Origin: a virus
Taxonomy: Duplodnaviria; Caudoviricetes
Virus record (IMG/VR): IMGVR_UViG_3300027774_000003
Span: 1-38,856 of that record
Reading direction: 5' to 3' (one strand)
Length of the DNA: 38,856 nucleotides
Below are positions 19,456-26,550 of this stretch, piece by piece. The position numbers and the translations under genes were made by a program. The first letter of the stretch is position 1, and each line of letters begins with the position of its first letter. The notes beneath the pieces were generated by a model. It was not told where the DNA came from and did no database searches. It worked only from the letters and a program-made list of their open reading frames with translations.

Positions 19456-19615
19456 AGAGGTTACTATCACACTCAGTAAGGACTTACAAGAAGAATTTGA
19501 GTCCTACATTGATTGCTGCGAATCCTTGGATGTCTCTCCAAGGATCAATGCATTCCTAAATTATATTCACAACTACGGTACATGCAAAAATCCAAGGGAG
19601 CCACAATGGGACTGA
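19448..19615 (+). CDS. Small hypothetical protein between nrdA and nrdB
   Basis: MSKEVTITLSKDLQEEFESY...; overlaps both neighbours. Confidence 0.6.
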   Translation: MSKEVTITLSKDLQEEFESYIDCCESLDVSPRINAFLNYIHNYGTCKNPREPQWD

Positions 19616-20742
19616 CTGTTTTTAACGACAAGAAAGTTGACACAAAAAAGCAACCAATGTTTTTCGGAGCACCCCTAGGGATGCAACGTTATGACGAATA
19701 TAAGTATCCTGATTTTGATAAACTAACCCAAACACAACTCGGTTATTTCTGGAGACCTGAAGAGGTATCTCTACAGAAGGACCGTGCCGATTATAAGACA
19801 CTCAATGAACAACAAAAACATATCTACACAAGCAACCTCAAGTATCAAATCCTTTTGGACTCTGTGCAAGGGCGTGGTCCTGGCATGGCATTCTCACCTT
19901 ACTGCAGTCTTCCAGAGTTGGAAGGATGCATGGGAGTATGGGAATTCATGGAGCAGATTCACTCCCGCTCCTATACCCATATCATCAAAAACGTATACGC
20001 AAACCCATCGGAAGTCTTCGATGCGGTATTAGAAGACGACAAGATCATCGACCGTGCTGCTGCAGTATGTAAAGCATACAATGATTTTATTGAAGCAGCA
20101 TCAGAGTGGGCGAATGGTAATATGTGGAAGGAGACATGGAAAGGATCTCCTACAACTACATGGACTATCCATGATGTCAAACGTAAACTTTATCTAGCGA
20201 TTGCAAATGTCAATATCCTTGAAGGAATTAGGTTTTATGTTTCTTTTGCTTGCAGTTTTGCTTTTGGCGAACTTAAACTCATGGAAGGTTCAGCAAAAAT
20301 TATCTCCCTTATTGCTAGAGATGAATCGCAGCACCTCGCGTTGACCCAAAAGATTCTTTACAAGTGGAGAAAGGGTGATGATCCTGATATGATGGACATC
20401 GTAGAGGAAGAAAGAGAAACAGTGCGTCAGATGTTCCTTGACGCAGTTGCCCAAGAGAAAGAATGGGCGAAGTATTTGTTTGAGAATGGAAGCATGATCG
20501 GTCTTAATGAGCGTCTGCTATCTCAATACGTTGAATGGGTTGCAAATCGTCGCATGAAAGCAATCGGACTGACACCTGCCTTCGACATCCCTGCTAAAAA
20601 TAATCCACTGCCTTGGACAGAGCACTGGCTAAATAGCAAGGGTCAACAAAATGCCCCTCAGGAAACTGAGATTGAATCCTATGTTGTCGGAGGAATCAAG
20701 CAAGATGTCAGCGCGGAAACTTTTAGCGGGTTTAAGCTCTAA
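19606..20742 (+). CDS. nrdB: Class Ia ribonucleotide reductase beta subunit
   Basis: FWRPEEV, LLDSVQGR, EQIHSRSY, EGIRFYVSF, RDESQH, APQETEI.SY; GGAG SD before 19606. Confidence 0.98.
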   Translation: MGLTVFNDKKVDTKKQPMFFGAPLGMQRYDEYKYPDFDKLTQTQLGYFWRPEEVSLQKDRADYKTLNEQQKHIYTSNLKYQILLDSVQGRGPGMAFSPYCSLPELEGCMGVWEFMEQIHSRSYTHIIKNVYANPSEVFDAVLEDDKIIDRAAAVCKAYNDFIEAASEWANGNMWKETWKGSPTTTWTIHDVKRKLYLAIANVNILEGIRFYVSFACSFAFGELKLMEGSAKIISLIARDESQHLALTQKILYKWRKGDDPDMMDIVEEERETVRQMFLDAVAQEKEWAKYLFENGSMIGLNERLLSQYVEWVANRRMKAIGLTPAFDIPAKNNPLPWTEHWLNSKGQQNAPQETEIESYVVGGIKQDVSAETFSGFKL

Positions 20743-20768
20743 AATTACACGATGGATTAACCATCTAA

Positions 20769-20957
20769 ATGAAAAAGAAACAGTGGAAGAAACATCCCAA
20801 GTCCCTTTACACGGACGAGTTGAGGGTGATTGGTGTGCCGAGGACCCTAGGTCATGGTATCAGGGACCACTTATCTTACTTGAAGAAACTCAAGAAGGAC
20901 TTAAAGAATACCAAGCCCATTAGAAACACACCACCATCATGGTGGAGAAAACGGTAG
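20769..20957 (+). CDS. Small hypothetical protein (an alternative overlapping frame 20705-20923 is also open)
   Basis: 62-aa basic ORF; which frame is real cannot be settled from sequence alone. Confidence 0.4.
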   Translation: MKKKQWKKHPKSLYTDELRVIGVPRTLGHGIRDHLSYLKKLKKDLKNTKPIRNTPPSWWRKR

Positions 20958-21010
20958 CATATAATACAGACCGTTTGCATAAATAGAAATGTCATGTTAT
21001 CATGACGATA

Positions 21011-21055
21011 CGTTCATCCCGCTCTCGGGTGGGACGCAAGTAAGTCGCGGAACGG
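21011..21055 (+). ncRNA. Glutamine riboswitch-like aptamer 1 (glnA/Downstream-peptide class)
   Basis: P1 CGTTC/GAACG; P2 TCCCGC/GTGGGA; CGTTCATC...GACGCAA...GGAACG signature. Confidence 0.7.
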
Positions 21056-21057
21056 AG

Positions 21058-21236
21058 CGTTCATCCCCATGGTAGAATTACTACTGTATAGCAGTCTGAC
21101 ATGCAAGCAAGTGGATGCTTTAATGCTGAAGGTTGTAACGCATGAAGATCTTGATCCTATGATCAAGATTGAGTTGATTGAAACCATTGAGGAATCATCA
21201 CCTCACTGTAGGGACGCAAACGACTGAAGGAACGGG
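21058..21236 (+). ncRNA. Glutamine-II (Downstream-peptide)-like aptamer 2, split by a nested ORF
   Basis: CGTTCATCCC at 21058 ... GGGACGCAAACGACTGAAGGAACGG at 21211-21235; lies upstream of a YRG peptide. Confidence 0.75.
21069..21227 (+). CDS. 52-aa ORF nested inside riboswitch aptamer 2
   Basis: Manual: MVELLLYSSLTCKQVDALMLKVVTHEDLDPMIKIELIETIEESSPHCRDAND*; GGAG at 21054. Confidence 0.7.
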   Translation: MVELLLYSSLTCKQVDALMLKVVTHEDLDPMIKIELIETIEESSPHCRDAND

Positions 21237-21269
21237 GACTAAACCACCCTAACTTCAGAGGACATACTC

Positions 21270-21437
21270 ATGAACACACTCAACTACATTCGTAGGAAGA
21301 TCCAAAAGGCAAATGCCTTGCACAATGCTCAGATCCACCACACAACATACCGTGGTGTGGAGTATGACACACGTTGTGTAGAAAGCAAAGAGACCCACGG
21401 GACTTTTTGTTATCGCGGAAAGACCTATACGAAATGA
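21270..21437 (+). CDS. DUF4278-like peptide with two YRG motifs
   Basis: Manual: MNTLNYIRRKIQKANALHNAQIHHTTYRGVEYDTRCVESKETHGTFCYRGKTYTK*; GAGGA SD. Confidence 0.85.
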   Translation: MNTLNYIRRKIQKANALHNAQIHHTTYRGVEYDTRCVESKETHGTFCYRGKTYTK

Positions 21438-21444
21438 CATAAGT

Positions 21445-21469
21445 AAGAGGGGGACTTCCCCTCTTTTTT
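21445..21469 (+). terminator. Rho-independent terminator
   Basis: AAGAGGGG-gactt-CCCCTCTT followed by TTTT. Confidence 0.85.
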
Positions 21470-21485
21470 ATTATTCCTTTTAACT

Positions 21486-21671
21486 ATGAATCACGAGAAA
21501 GTAAAGTTGATTGCTCGCAATCTTAAGCTCTTAGCAATCTCTTTGGAAGATGCTATTAAAGAAGATCCAGACGCTTACAAAACTATGCCAGAGAAGTCAT
21601 GGTTTCCTCCTAAACAGGCGGAGCGTTTAGGTTATAGATACAGTGATGACGATGATGGTTATGCAGACTAA
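21486..21671 (+). CDS. Conserved small cyanophage protein
   Basis: MNHEKVKLIARNLKLL...DDDDGYAD. Confidence 0.8.
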   Translation: MNHEKVKLIARNLKLLAISLEDAIKEDPDAYKTMPEKSWFPPKQAERLGYRYSDDDDGYAD

Positions 21672-21910
21672 TGAAATTAACTCAAGAACTAATTGATCGG
21701 ATTCAAGAAGCATTGAATCATACTAAAAAGGATGGGACAATAAATTGGAAAGACGGAGACGAGATTGAAGTCAACGTTGCAGGCACGTTTGCTGCAGATA
21801 AATTTATTGTAATTAACAATAGATCTAAGAAACCATGGCAACCGTCAATCAATAGCAAACATCATCCTGATAATAAAGATGAAACCGCAGAGTGCAAAAG
21901 CGAAGGGTAG
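21671..21910 (+). CDS. Hypothetical protein
   Basis: 79 aa, translationally coupled. Confidence 0.75.
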   Translation: MKLTQELIDRIQEALNHTKKDGTINWKDGDEIEVNVAGTFAADKFIVINNRSKKPWQPSINSKHHPDNKDETAECKSEG

Positions 21911-22226
21911 AAACTTCCAAAAATGGGTGAGAGATATGCTCATTGAGCATAGAGATGTCCACCCTGAGGACATTGAGTCTCGTAGCATGGGTGCTGGTGG
22001 GGAAGATCTTATCATGGCACGAGATGCTAGAAAGAAATTTCCCTTCAGCATTGAGTGTAAGAATGTAGAGAAACTTAATGTCTATGATGCTTATGATCAG
22101 GCATGTGCTAACGCTGGAGACCACCAACCGATACTCTTCATGAAGAAAAATCGAAAGCAACCACTTGTCGTAGTGGACGCCGAGTGGTTTATCAAACACT
22201 TTGGGGTTGACAAGTCACCCTCATAG
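21879..22226 (+). CDS. PD-(D/E)XK nuclease, Holliday-junction-resolvase-like
   Basis: SAKAKGR..Q, GEDL, SIECKN. Confidence 0.8.
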   Translation: MKPQSAKAKGRNFQKWVRDMLIEHRDVHPEDIESRSMGAGGEDLIMARDARKKFPFSIECKNVEKLNVYDAYDQACANAGDHQPILFMKKNRKQPLVVVDAEWFIKHFGVDKSPS

Positions 22227-22236
22227 CATATATACT
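22207..22236 (+). promoter_or_regulatory. Sigma70-like promoter
   Basis: TTGACA-18 nt-TATACT. Confidence 0.55.
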
Positions 22237-22266
22237 TGGTAAGTACATACTGGAGAGAGGACCACG

Positions 22267-22419
22267 ATGGACAATCAGTTTCTTGAAGAGATTGATGAGA
22301 TCAACTATACGATTGAATTCCTAGTGGACCAACTCCATGATGCCGTAGCGGCAGGAGACTACTTGGAAGGCGAAACGCTTGCCCAGAAGATCCGAGAAAA
22401 AACAGAAGCAAACCAATGA
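22267..22419 (+). CDS. Small acidic helical protein (50 aa)
   Basis: Manual: MDNQFLEEIDEINYTIEFLVDQLHDAVAAGDYLEGETLAQKIREKTEANQ; GAGG SD. Confidence 0.7.
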   Translation: MDNQFLEEIDEINYTIEFLVDQLHDAVAAGDYLEGETLAQKIREKTEANQ

Positions 22420-23015
22420 CAGTCCACTCTTTATTCTCAATCCCAATAGCACACTATGAAATACAGAATTGGAGAAAGAATAAAGAAGTGATCATGAATT
22501 CTCTGCCTATCCTAGGTAGAGAGCATTTGGAGAGCAACGGTGAGCAGTATACTGACTTCTTTCATCAGGAGGAGTGGGAGCTGCCACCTTATGCTGACAC
22601 GGTGATTGAAATCATCTCACCATACCTTGCTGACTTTACTGAGCGCAGACGAATAGAGTTTACTGACATGTGGTGTCAAACATCATACAAAGGTCAGAAA
22701 CATGGTCTGCATAATCATGGTCACAGTGGATGGTCAGCAGTAATATATGTGGACTTTGACCCTAGAGTCCATAAAGCAACGCAATTTGTGTCACCTTTTA
22801 ACAACCCTTGGAGTGGTAGGTTACAGACCTTCATCCCACCTGTTAATGAGGGAGACATGGTTATTTTTCCAGCAACGATTGCACACGAGGCACTACCCAA
22901 TGAGTCTGACAAATCACGCACCATTATCTCGTTTAACTTACGAGGTAAAGTTGACAAAGTTAAGAGGACTATGTGGGAAGGTGATCCGATAGTACGTGTC
23001 CCTTTGGGACAGTAG
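22416..23015 (+). CDS. 2OG-Fe(II) oxygenase superfamily protein
   Basis: H.LHNH...SAVIYV, EGDMVIFPA...HE, RTIISFN. Confidence 0.88.
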   Translation: MTVHSLFSIPIAHYEIQNWRKNKEVIMNSLPILGREHLESNGEQYTDFFHQEEWELPPYADTVIEIISPYLADFTERRRIEFTDMWCQTSYKGQKHGLHNHGHSGWSAVIYVDFDPRVHKATQFVSPFNNPWSGRLQTFIPPVNEGDMVIFPATIAHEALPNESDKSRTIISFNLRGKVDKVKRTMWEGDPIVRVPLGQ

Positions 23016-23078
23016 CTCAGCGGAAAGAGCAACTGCCTTCTAAGCAGTCGGTCGTAGGTTCGATCCCTACCTGTCTCG
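23006..23078 (+). tRNA. tRNA-Arg (anticodon UCU)
   Basis: Acceptor GGGACAG/CTGTCTC; D arm GCTC/GAGC; anticodon arm ACTGC-CTTCTAA-GCAGT; T arm GTAGG-TTCGATC-CCTAC; no encoded CCA. Confidence 0.95.
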
Positions 23079-23121
23079 TTGCACTTCGGTGCATGTTGGA
23101 AAAACAAAATAGGAGTCAATC

Positions 23122-23346
23122 ATGACTGTTAGAGATCGCTTTGCAGATAGTCTGCAAATTTTGAAGGATACTGTCAATGGTAACATTGCCCTTGACGTTG
23201 AGTATCCTCCCCTCTTCCAAGCACTCTGTCGTTTTTATAGTGACAAGAGCGCACGTCACGTCCACTTTTGGGGACTGGATATTGAAGAGGACTATACGAT
23301 TCTCATTGATAACATGATTGCTGATGGCGTCCTGGAAATGACCTAA
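23122..23346 (+). CDS. Conserved cyanophage hypothetical protein
   Basis: 74 aa; AGGAG SD. Confidence 0.8.
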   Translation: MTVRDRFADSLQILKDTVNGNIALDVEYPPLFQALCRFYSDKSARHVHFWGLDIEEDYTILIDNMIADGVLEMT

Positions 23347-23370
23347 ACTTTATCCTGGTCGGGATGAATT

Positions 23371-23994
23371 ATGCTTAAAGAAGAAATCACTTTATATAAG
23401 AACAACATTTGCACCCCACTAAATGATGAGTGTAATGACTTTATCTGGGGTAATTTTATTGATGAATCCGTTGTTGTTGGTCTTGAGGAATTCTGGCATA
23501 ATCAAAGTATCTTGAATTACCATGAAGGTCGCGTGATGAGGCAGGGTGATATTGGAGTAGACAAGGACTATAAAGAGTCCACTGATCTACACATTCCATT
23601 TCAACTTAACTGCCCTCAGATACAAAACTATATGAAGGCACTTCAAGATATCCTAAATCAATACCTCGTGAGGTTTCCTTTCGCGGAGACCTCACGTTTT
23701 CAAATAGTGGAGCCACTATCTATGCAGTGGTATCCTAAAGGTGGTGGATTCAAGCAGTGGCATACCGAAAGGTCTAATGCTTTGCCTGGAAACATTTACC
23801 GACATCTAGTCTTTATGACCTACCTTAATGATGTCCCTGATGGTGGCACAGAATGGTATCATCAACAGAAGTATGTCCCAGCGCAACGTGCATACACCGT
23901 GATATGGCCAGCGGACTGGACATTTCACCATCGTGGTAGAGTCTCTAACACACAAGAGAAGATGATTATCACAGGGTGGTTTAACTTTATCTAA
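23371..23994 (+). CDS. 2OG-Fe(II) oxygenase (prolyl-hydroxylase-like)
   Basis: WHTE, FMTYLNDV.DGGTE, WPADWTFHHRG, KMIITGW. Confidence 0.92.
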   Translation: MLKEEITLYKNNICTPLNDECNDFIWGNFIDESVVVGLEEFWHNQSILNYHEGRVMRQGDIGVDKDYKESTDLHIPFQLNCPQIQNYMKALQDILNQYLVRFPFAETSRFQIVEPLSMQWYPKGGGFKQWHTERSNALPGNIYRHLVFMTYLNDVPDGGTEWYHQQKYVPAQRAYTVIWPADWTFHHRGRVSNTQEKMIITGWFNFI

Positions 23995-24002
23995 GGAGGC
24001 AA

Positions 24003-24173
24003 ATGGAGACACAGGACGACAGATGGAATAGGGGACTGGACATTTTCATTGAAAGTGTGGTCAAACCCGACGCCGACCTCAGGGCATGTGCTCATTCCCA
24101 GAAATGTTACCATGAATTGTTGTGGATTCGGGAAGATGTGCTAAACTATCTACAGACACTCAGACGCAAATGA
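24003..24173 (+). CDS. Small conserved protein (56 aa)
   Basis: Manual: METQDDRWNRGLDIFIESVVKPDADLRACAHSQKCYHELLWIREDVLNYLQTLRRK; AAGGAGG SD. Confidence 0.8.
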   Translation: METQDDRWNRGLDIFIESVVKPDADLRACAHSQKCYHELLWIREDVLNYLQTLRRK

Positions 24174-24418
24174 AAAAGCCAACCGTCATTCTTGAGCGTT
24201 ATCCTTACCGCTATGTGCAGTGCGGGATGCTTGACAATGGATTCCCTGACTACCGCATCCAGAAGGTAGACGCATATACCAACAGGTATAGGGACATGTA
24301 TCTCTGTGACAATGCTATGCAACTTGACACAGCGATGGAAGATTTTGAATACACCAAGTGGTTAGATCCAGATGGTGTGCCTGCATATGTAAGAGACTGT
24401 GCTAAGGCGTATTCTTAG
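24170..24418 (+). CDS. Conserved cyanophage hypothetical protein
   Basis: MKKPTVILERYPYRYVQCG...EDFEYTKWLDPDGVP; ATGA coupling. Confidence 0.8.
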   Translation: MKKPTVILERYPYRYVQCGMLDNGFPDYRIQKVDAYTNRYRDMYLCDNAMQLDTAMEDFEYTKWLDPDGVPAYVRDCAKAYS

Positions 24419-24659
24419 AGTCTGGAAGTATTCCTTAGGGTCATTTTCTGATGACAAGACAGGACCCTATGACAATTACATTGCAGGTGTACGCACCTGC
24501 ATTTTCATTTCTTATCTTGTCACAAATTGTTTTATCATCAGCGGAGTAATCCGTCATTGGAATTATGAAAACAGAACTGAATGCAGCAGTAGAGGCATTG
24601 AAGACCGCACTGCATCGAGCAATCGACGACCCCAAATTCAACCGCAATCACCTGAGTGA
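24399..24659 (+). CDS. Small membrane protein
   Basis: WKYSLGSFSDDKT..YDN...TNCFIISGVIRHW; one TM helix. Confidence 0.7.
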   Translation: MLRRILRVWKYSLGSFSDDKTGPYDNYIAGVRTCIFISYLVTNCFIISGVIRHWNYENRTECSSRGIEDRTASSNRRPQIQPQSPE

Positions 24660-24900
24660 GTTGTGGCGTCACTACAATGGTGTGCAAACCATTGCTGAGG
24701 ATTGTCCTGAGGACAAGGATGAGATTCAATTTCCCAGCAGTCCGATCTACCTCAACGATAACTTTGATTATCAAAACATTGACACTAATGTCACAGGTGC
24801 TGCTGGTGGCGACGTGATCAGTCTTGATAATGCGGACTCAACTACCTTCCCTACGACCCTTGATTTTGGGGACAGTGAAGGAACTGTCACGTTTTCATAG
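24565..24900 (+). CDS. Hypothetical protein
   Basis: 111 aa with acidic tail. Confidence 0.7.
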   Translation: MKTELNAAVEALKTALHRAIDDPKFNRNHLSELWRHYNGVQTIAEDCPEDKDEIQFPSSPIYLNDNFDYQNIDTNVTGAAGGDVISLDNADSTTFPTTLDFGDSEGTVTFS

Positions 24901-24919
24901 GTTTTCTGGTTTAGGGGGC

Positions 24920-24974
24920 TTGACAAAGTTGTAAATGTTATATATAGTTACATACAGTAACAAACCTTAACAAT
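24920..24974 (+). promoter_or_regulatory. Sigma70-like hli promoter with HLR1-like direct repeats
   Basis: TTGACA-17 nt-TATAGT; GTTATATA-TA-GTTACATA-CA-GTAACAAA-CC-TTAACAAT. Confidence 0.65.
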
Positions 24975-25191
24975 GACTGTTACAACAGATGAGCTCGGAA
25001 AGGTAAACATTTTTGCCACTGAGACTCAACCTTATATTGACCCTAAAGTAAAGAAAGCCATGCAATCAGACGTTTACGAAACTCATAACGAGTCTGCAGA
25101 GAAGCTCAACGGTCGCCTAGCAATGCTCGGCATCGTCTCTGCCTTCCTGTCCTATGCCTTCACTGGGCATCTCTTCTTCGGAGTGTGGTAA
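24973..25191 (+). CDS. hli: High-light-inducible protein
   Basis: AEKLNGRLAMLG chlorophyll-binding motif. Confidence 0.95.
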   Translation: MTVTTDELGKVNIFATETQPYIDPKVKKAMQSDVYETHNESAEKLNGRLAMLGIVSAFLSYAFTGHLFFGVW

Positions 25192-25193
25192 TC

Positions 25194-25301
25194 ATGACTC
25201 CAGAAGCAGAAAGATTCAATGGATGGGCAGCAATGATCGGTATCATTGCAGCACTTGGCACCTATGCCACAACTGGTCAGATCATTCCAGGCATCTGGTA
25301 A
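25194..25301 (+). CDS. hli: High-light-inducible protein (35 aa)
   Basis: Manual: MTPEAERFNGWAAMIGIIAALGTYATTGQIIPGIW. Confidence 0.95.
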   Translation: MTPEAERFNGWAAMIGIIAALGTYATTGQIIPGIW

Positions 25302-25441
25302 TGAGTTTAGAGTGGGCACAGACTATTATTTTTATCCTGACGCCATTCTTCTTCATGCTCCTATTGGTGGAGACTGATGACGATGGTGACGATGATGACA
25401 TGGGCGGTGGGACAATGGTCCCAGTGTACACTCCATCTTGA
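25301..25441 (+). CDS. Small single-TM protein with Asp-rich tail
   Basis: MSLEWAQTIIFILTPFFFMLLLVETDDDGDDDDMGGGTMVPVYTPS. Confidence 0.75.
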   Translation: MSLEWAQTIIFILTPFFFMLLLVETDDDGDDDDMGGGTMVPVYTPS

Positions 25442-25495
25442 CCAAGACAACTAAATACGTTATAATTCTGGGGTGTCCACAGGGCACCCCTTTCT
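25438..25495 (+). promoter_or_regulatory. Overlapping sigma70-like and late promoters plus a terminator-like hairpin
   Basis: TTGACC-17 nt-TATAAT with CTAAATA in the spacer; GGGGTGTCC-aca-GGGCACCCC-TTTCT. Confidence 0.55.
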
Positions 25496-25513
25496 ACTAA
25501 GGATAGATTAAAC

Positions 25514-26086
25514 ATGAGACCACTTGTAATGGTATCAGCAATGCTGCCACTGCTTATGGCATGTGCTTCCTCTGCTCCTCAGAAATCTGAAGCAGCAGGT
25601 CTTAGACCTACTAAGATCTATGAGCGCAGATGGGAATGTGTTGGTTGCTCACCTGAAGAGAAGAAAGTTGTAGCGTATTTACAAGACGTAAAAATCAACG
25701 ACAAAAATGCTATTGCTACAATTCTTGGCAACATTAGACAGGAGTCTAATTTCATTGCCAATATATGCGAGGGAGGTGCTAGAGTTCCTTACCACGATTG
25801 CCATCGGGGTGGTTATGGCATCATTCAGTGGACCACAGTAGGTCGCTATAATAATCTTGGTAAGTTTGCTAAGAAGTATTTCTGTGACCCCTCTGAATTC
25901 GACTGTCAACTCCGTTACATGGTTAACGAGAGTGTCTTCCAACGTCAACTCCCTTACTTCCAAGGTGGGGGTCAGACTATTTCGTACTATATGAAACCTG
26001 CCTACCGTTGGTTGGGTTGGGGTATCAAAGGTGCCCGTGAAACCTACGCATATGAATATCTAAATAAACTTAAGATGCTTGGATGA
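25514..26086 (+). CDS. Lysozyme-fold cell-wall hydrolase (phage tail lysozyme-like), possible lipoprotein
   Basis: ILGNIRQESNF and GGYGIIQWT motifs; N-terminal LLMA|C lipobox-like site. Confidence 0.75.
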   Translation: MRPLVMVSAMLPLLMACASSAPQKSEAAGLRPTKIYERRWECVGCSPEEKKVVAYLQDVKINDKNAIATILGNIRQESNFIANICEGGARVPYHDCHRGGYGIIQWTTVGRYNNLGKFAKKYFCDPSEFDCQLRYMVNESVFQRQLPYFQGGGQTISYYMKPAYRWLGWGIKGARETYAYEYLNKLKMLG

Positions 26087-26090
26087 GACA

Positions 26091-26249
26091 ATGTATTGTC
26101 TGGAGTTTTACTGGGAAGGAGAGTGGATCAAGTTGAAGAATTACTCTAACCTATCCTTACCCAAAGCTCAATTCCTCCTGCACCTATGCAAGTCTGGTCA
26201 GGAGGTTTTCAAAACCAAAAAAGAATTTAGGATGATCGCACATGATTGA
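26091..26249 (+). CDS. Small hypothetical protein (52 aa)
   Basis: Manual: MYCLEFYWEGEWIKLKNYSNLSLPKAQFLLHLCKSGQEVFKTKKEFRMIAHD; fills the gap between neighbours. Confidence 0.6.
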   Translation: MYCLEFYWEGEWIKLKNYSNLSLPKAQFLLHLCKSGQEVFKTKKEFRMIAHD

Positions 26250-26550
26250 AGACTGGCGTTACGATGATGGCAAGATGGCAGAGAGACAGATTTGCCTTAC
26301 CGCATTCATTCGTCAGGAAATCCCCATAAATAGAGAAGTATACGAGTTTTGTCACTACTATGTGTCAAATGGGATGCTTCAAATTCCTGACACCCAGCAG
26401 AAATTAGAGGAAGCAATAGAGTCTCACAATGGAGATCTCTATTCTTTTGTTGGTGAGAAACTCTTCAAAGAATTTTCCATCTGGCAAAATCTAAATGAAA
26501 GACAAGAAAGCGATCAAAAAATTGATCAAGAGAGCGAAGAAACATCCTGA
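26242..26550 (+). CDS. Hypothetical protein
   Basis: MIEDWRYDD...VYEFCHYYV. Confidence 0.75.
   Translation: MIEDWRYDDGKMAERQICLTAFIRQEIPINREVYEFCHYYVSNGMLQIPDTQQKLEEAIESHNGDLYSFVGEKLFKEFSIWQNLNERQESDQKIDQESEETS

Noticed and set aside
19513-19605. Extended nrdB N-terminus given by the ORF track
   Set aside because: The GGAG SD and homology point to the ATG at 19606; the extension overlaps the small intergenic ORF
3253-20742. Inteins or introns in gp43, gp41, nrdA, nrdB
   Set aside because: Lengths are normal and no splice motifs or insertions were seen
21011-21236. CGTTCATCCC/GGGACGCAA repeats as CRISPR repeats or IS ends
   Set aside because: Only two copies with unequal spacing and no cas or transposase gene; tandem aptamers explain them better
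21255-21440. Minus-strand 61-aa ORF in the track
   Set aside because: Antisense shadow of the YRG peptide, which has an SD, riboswitch context and a terminator on the + strand
23329-23370. Short hairpins (GTC..GAC, ATCCT-ggtc-GGGAT) as a manA-type RNA
   Set aside because: Too short; the rest of such a motif is not recognisable and there is no room before the next gene
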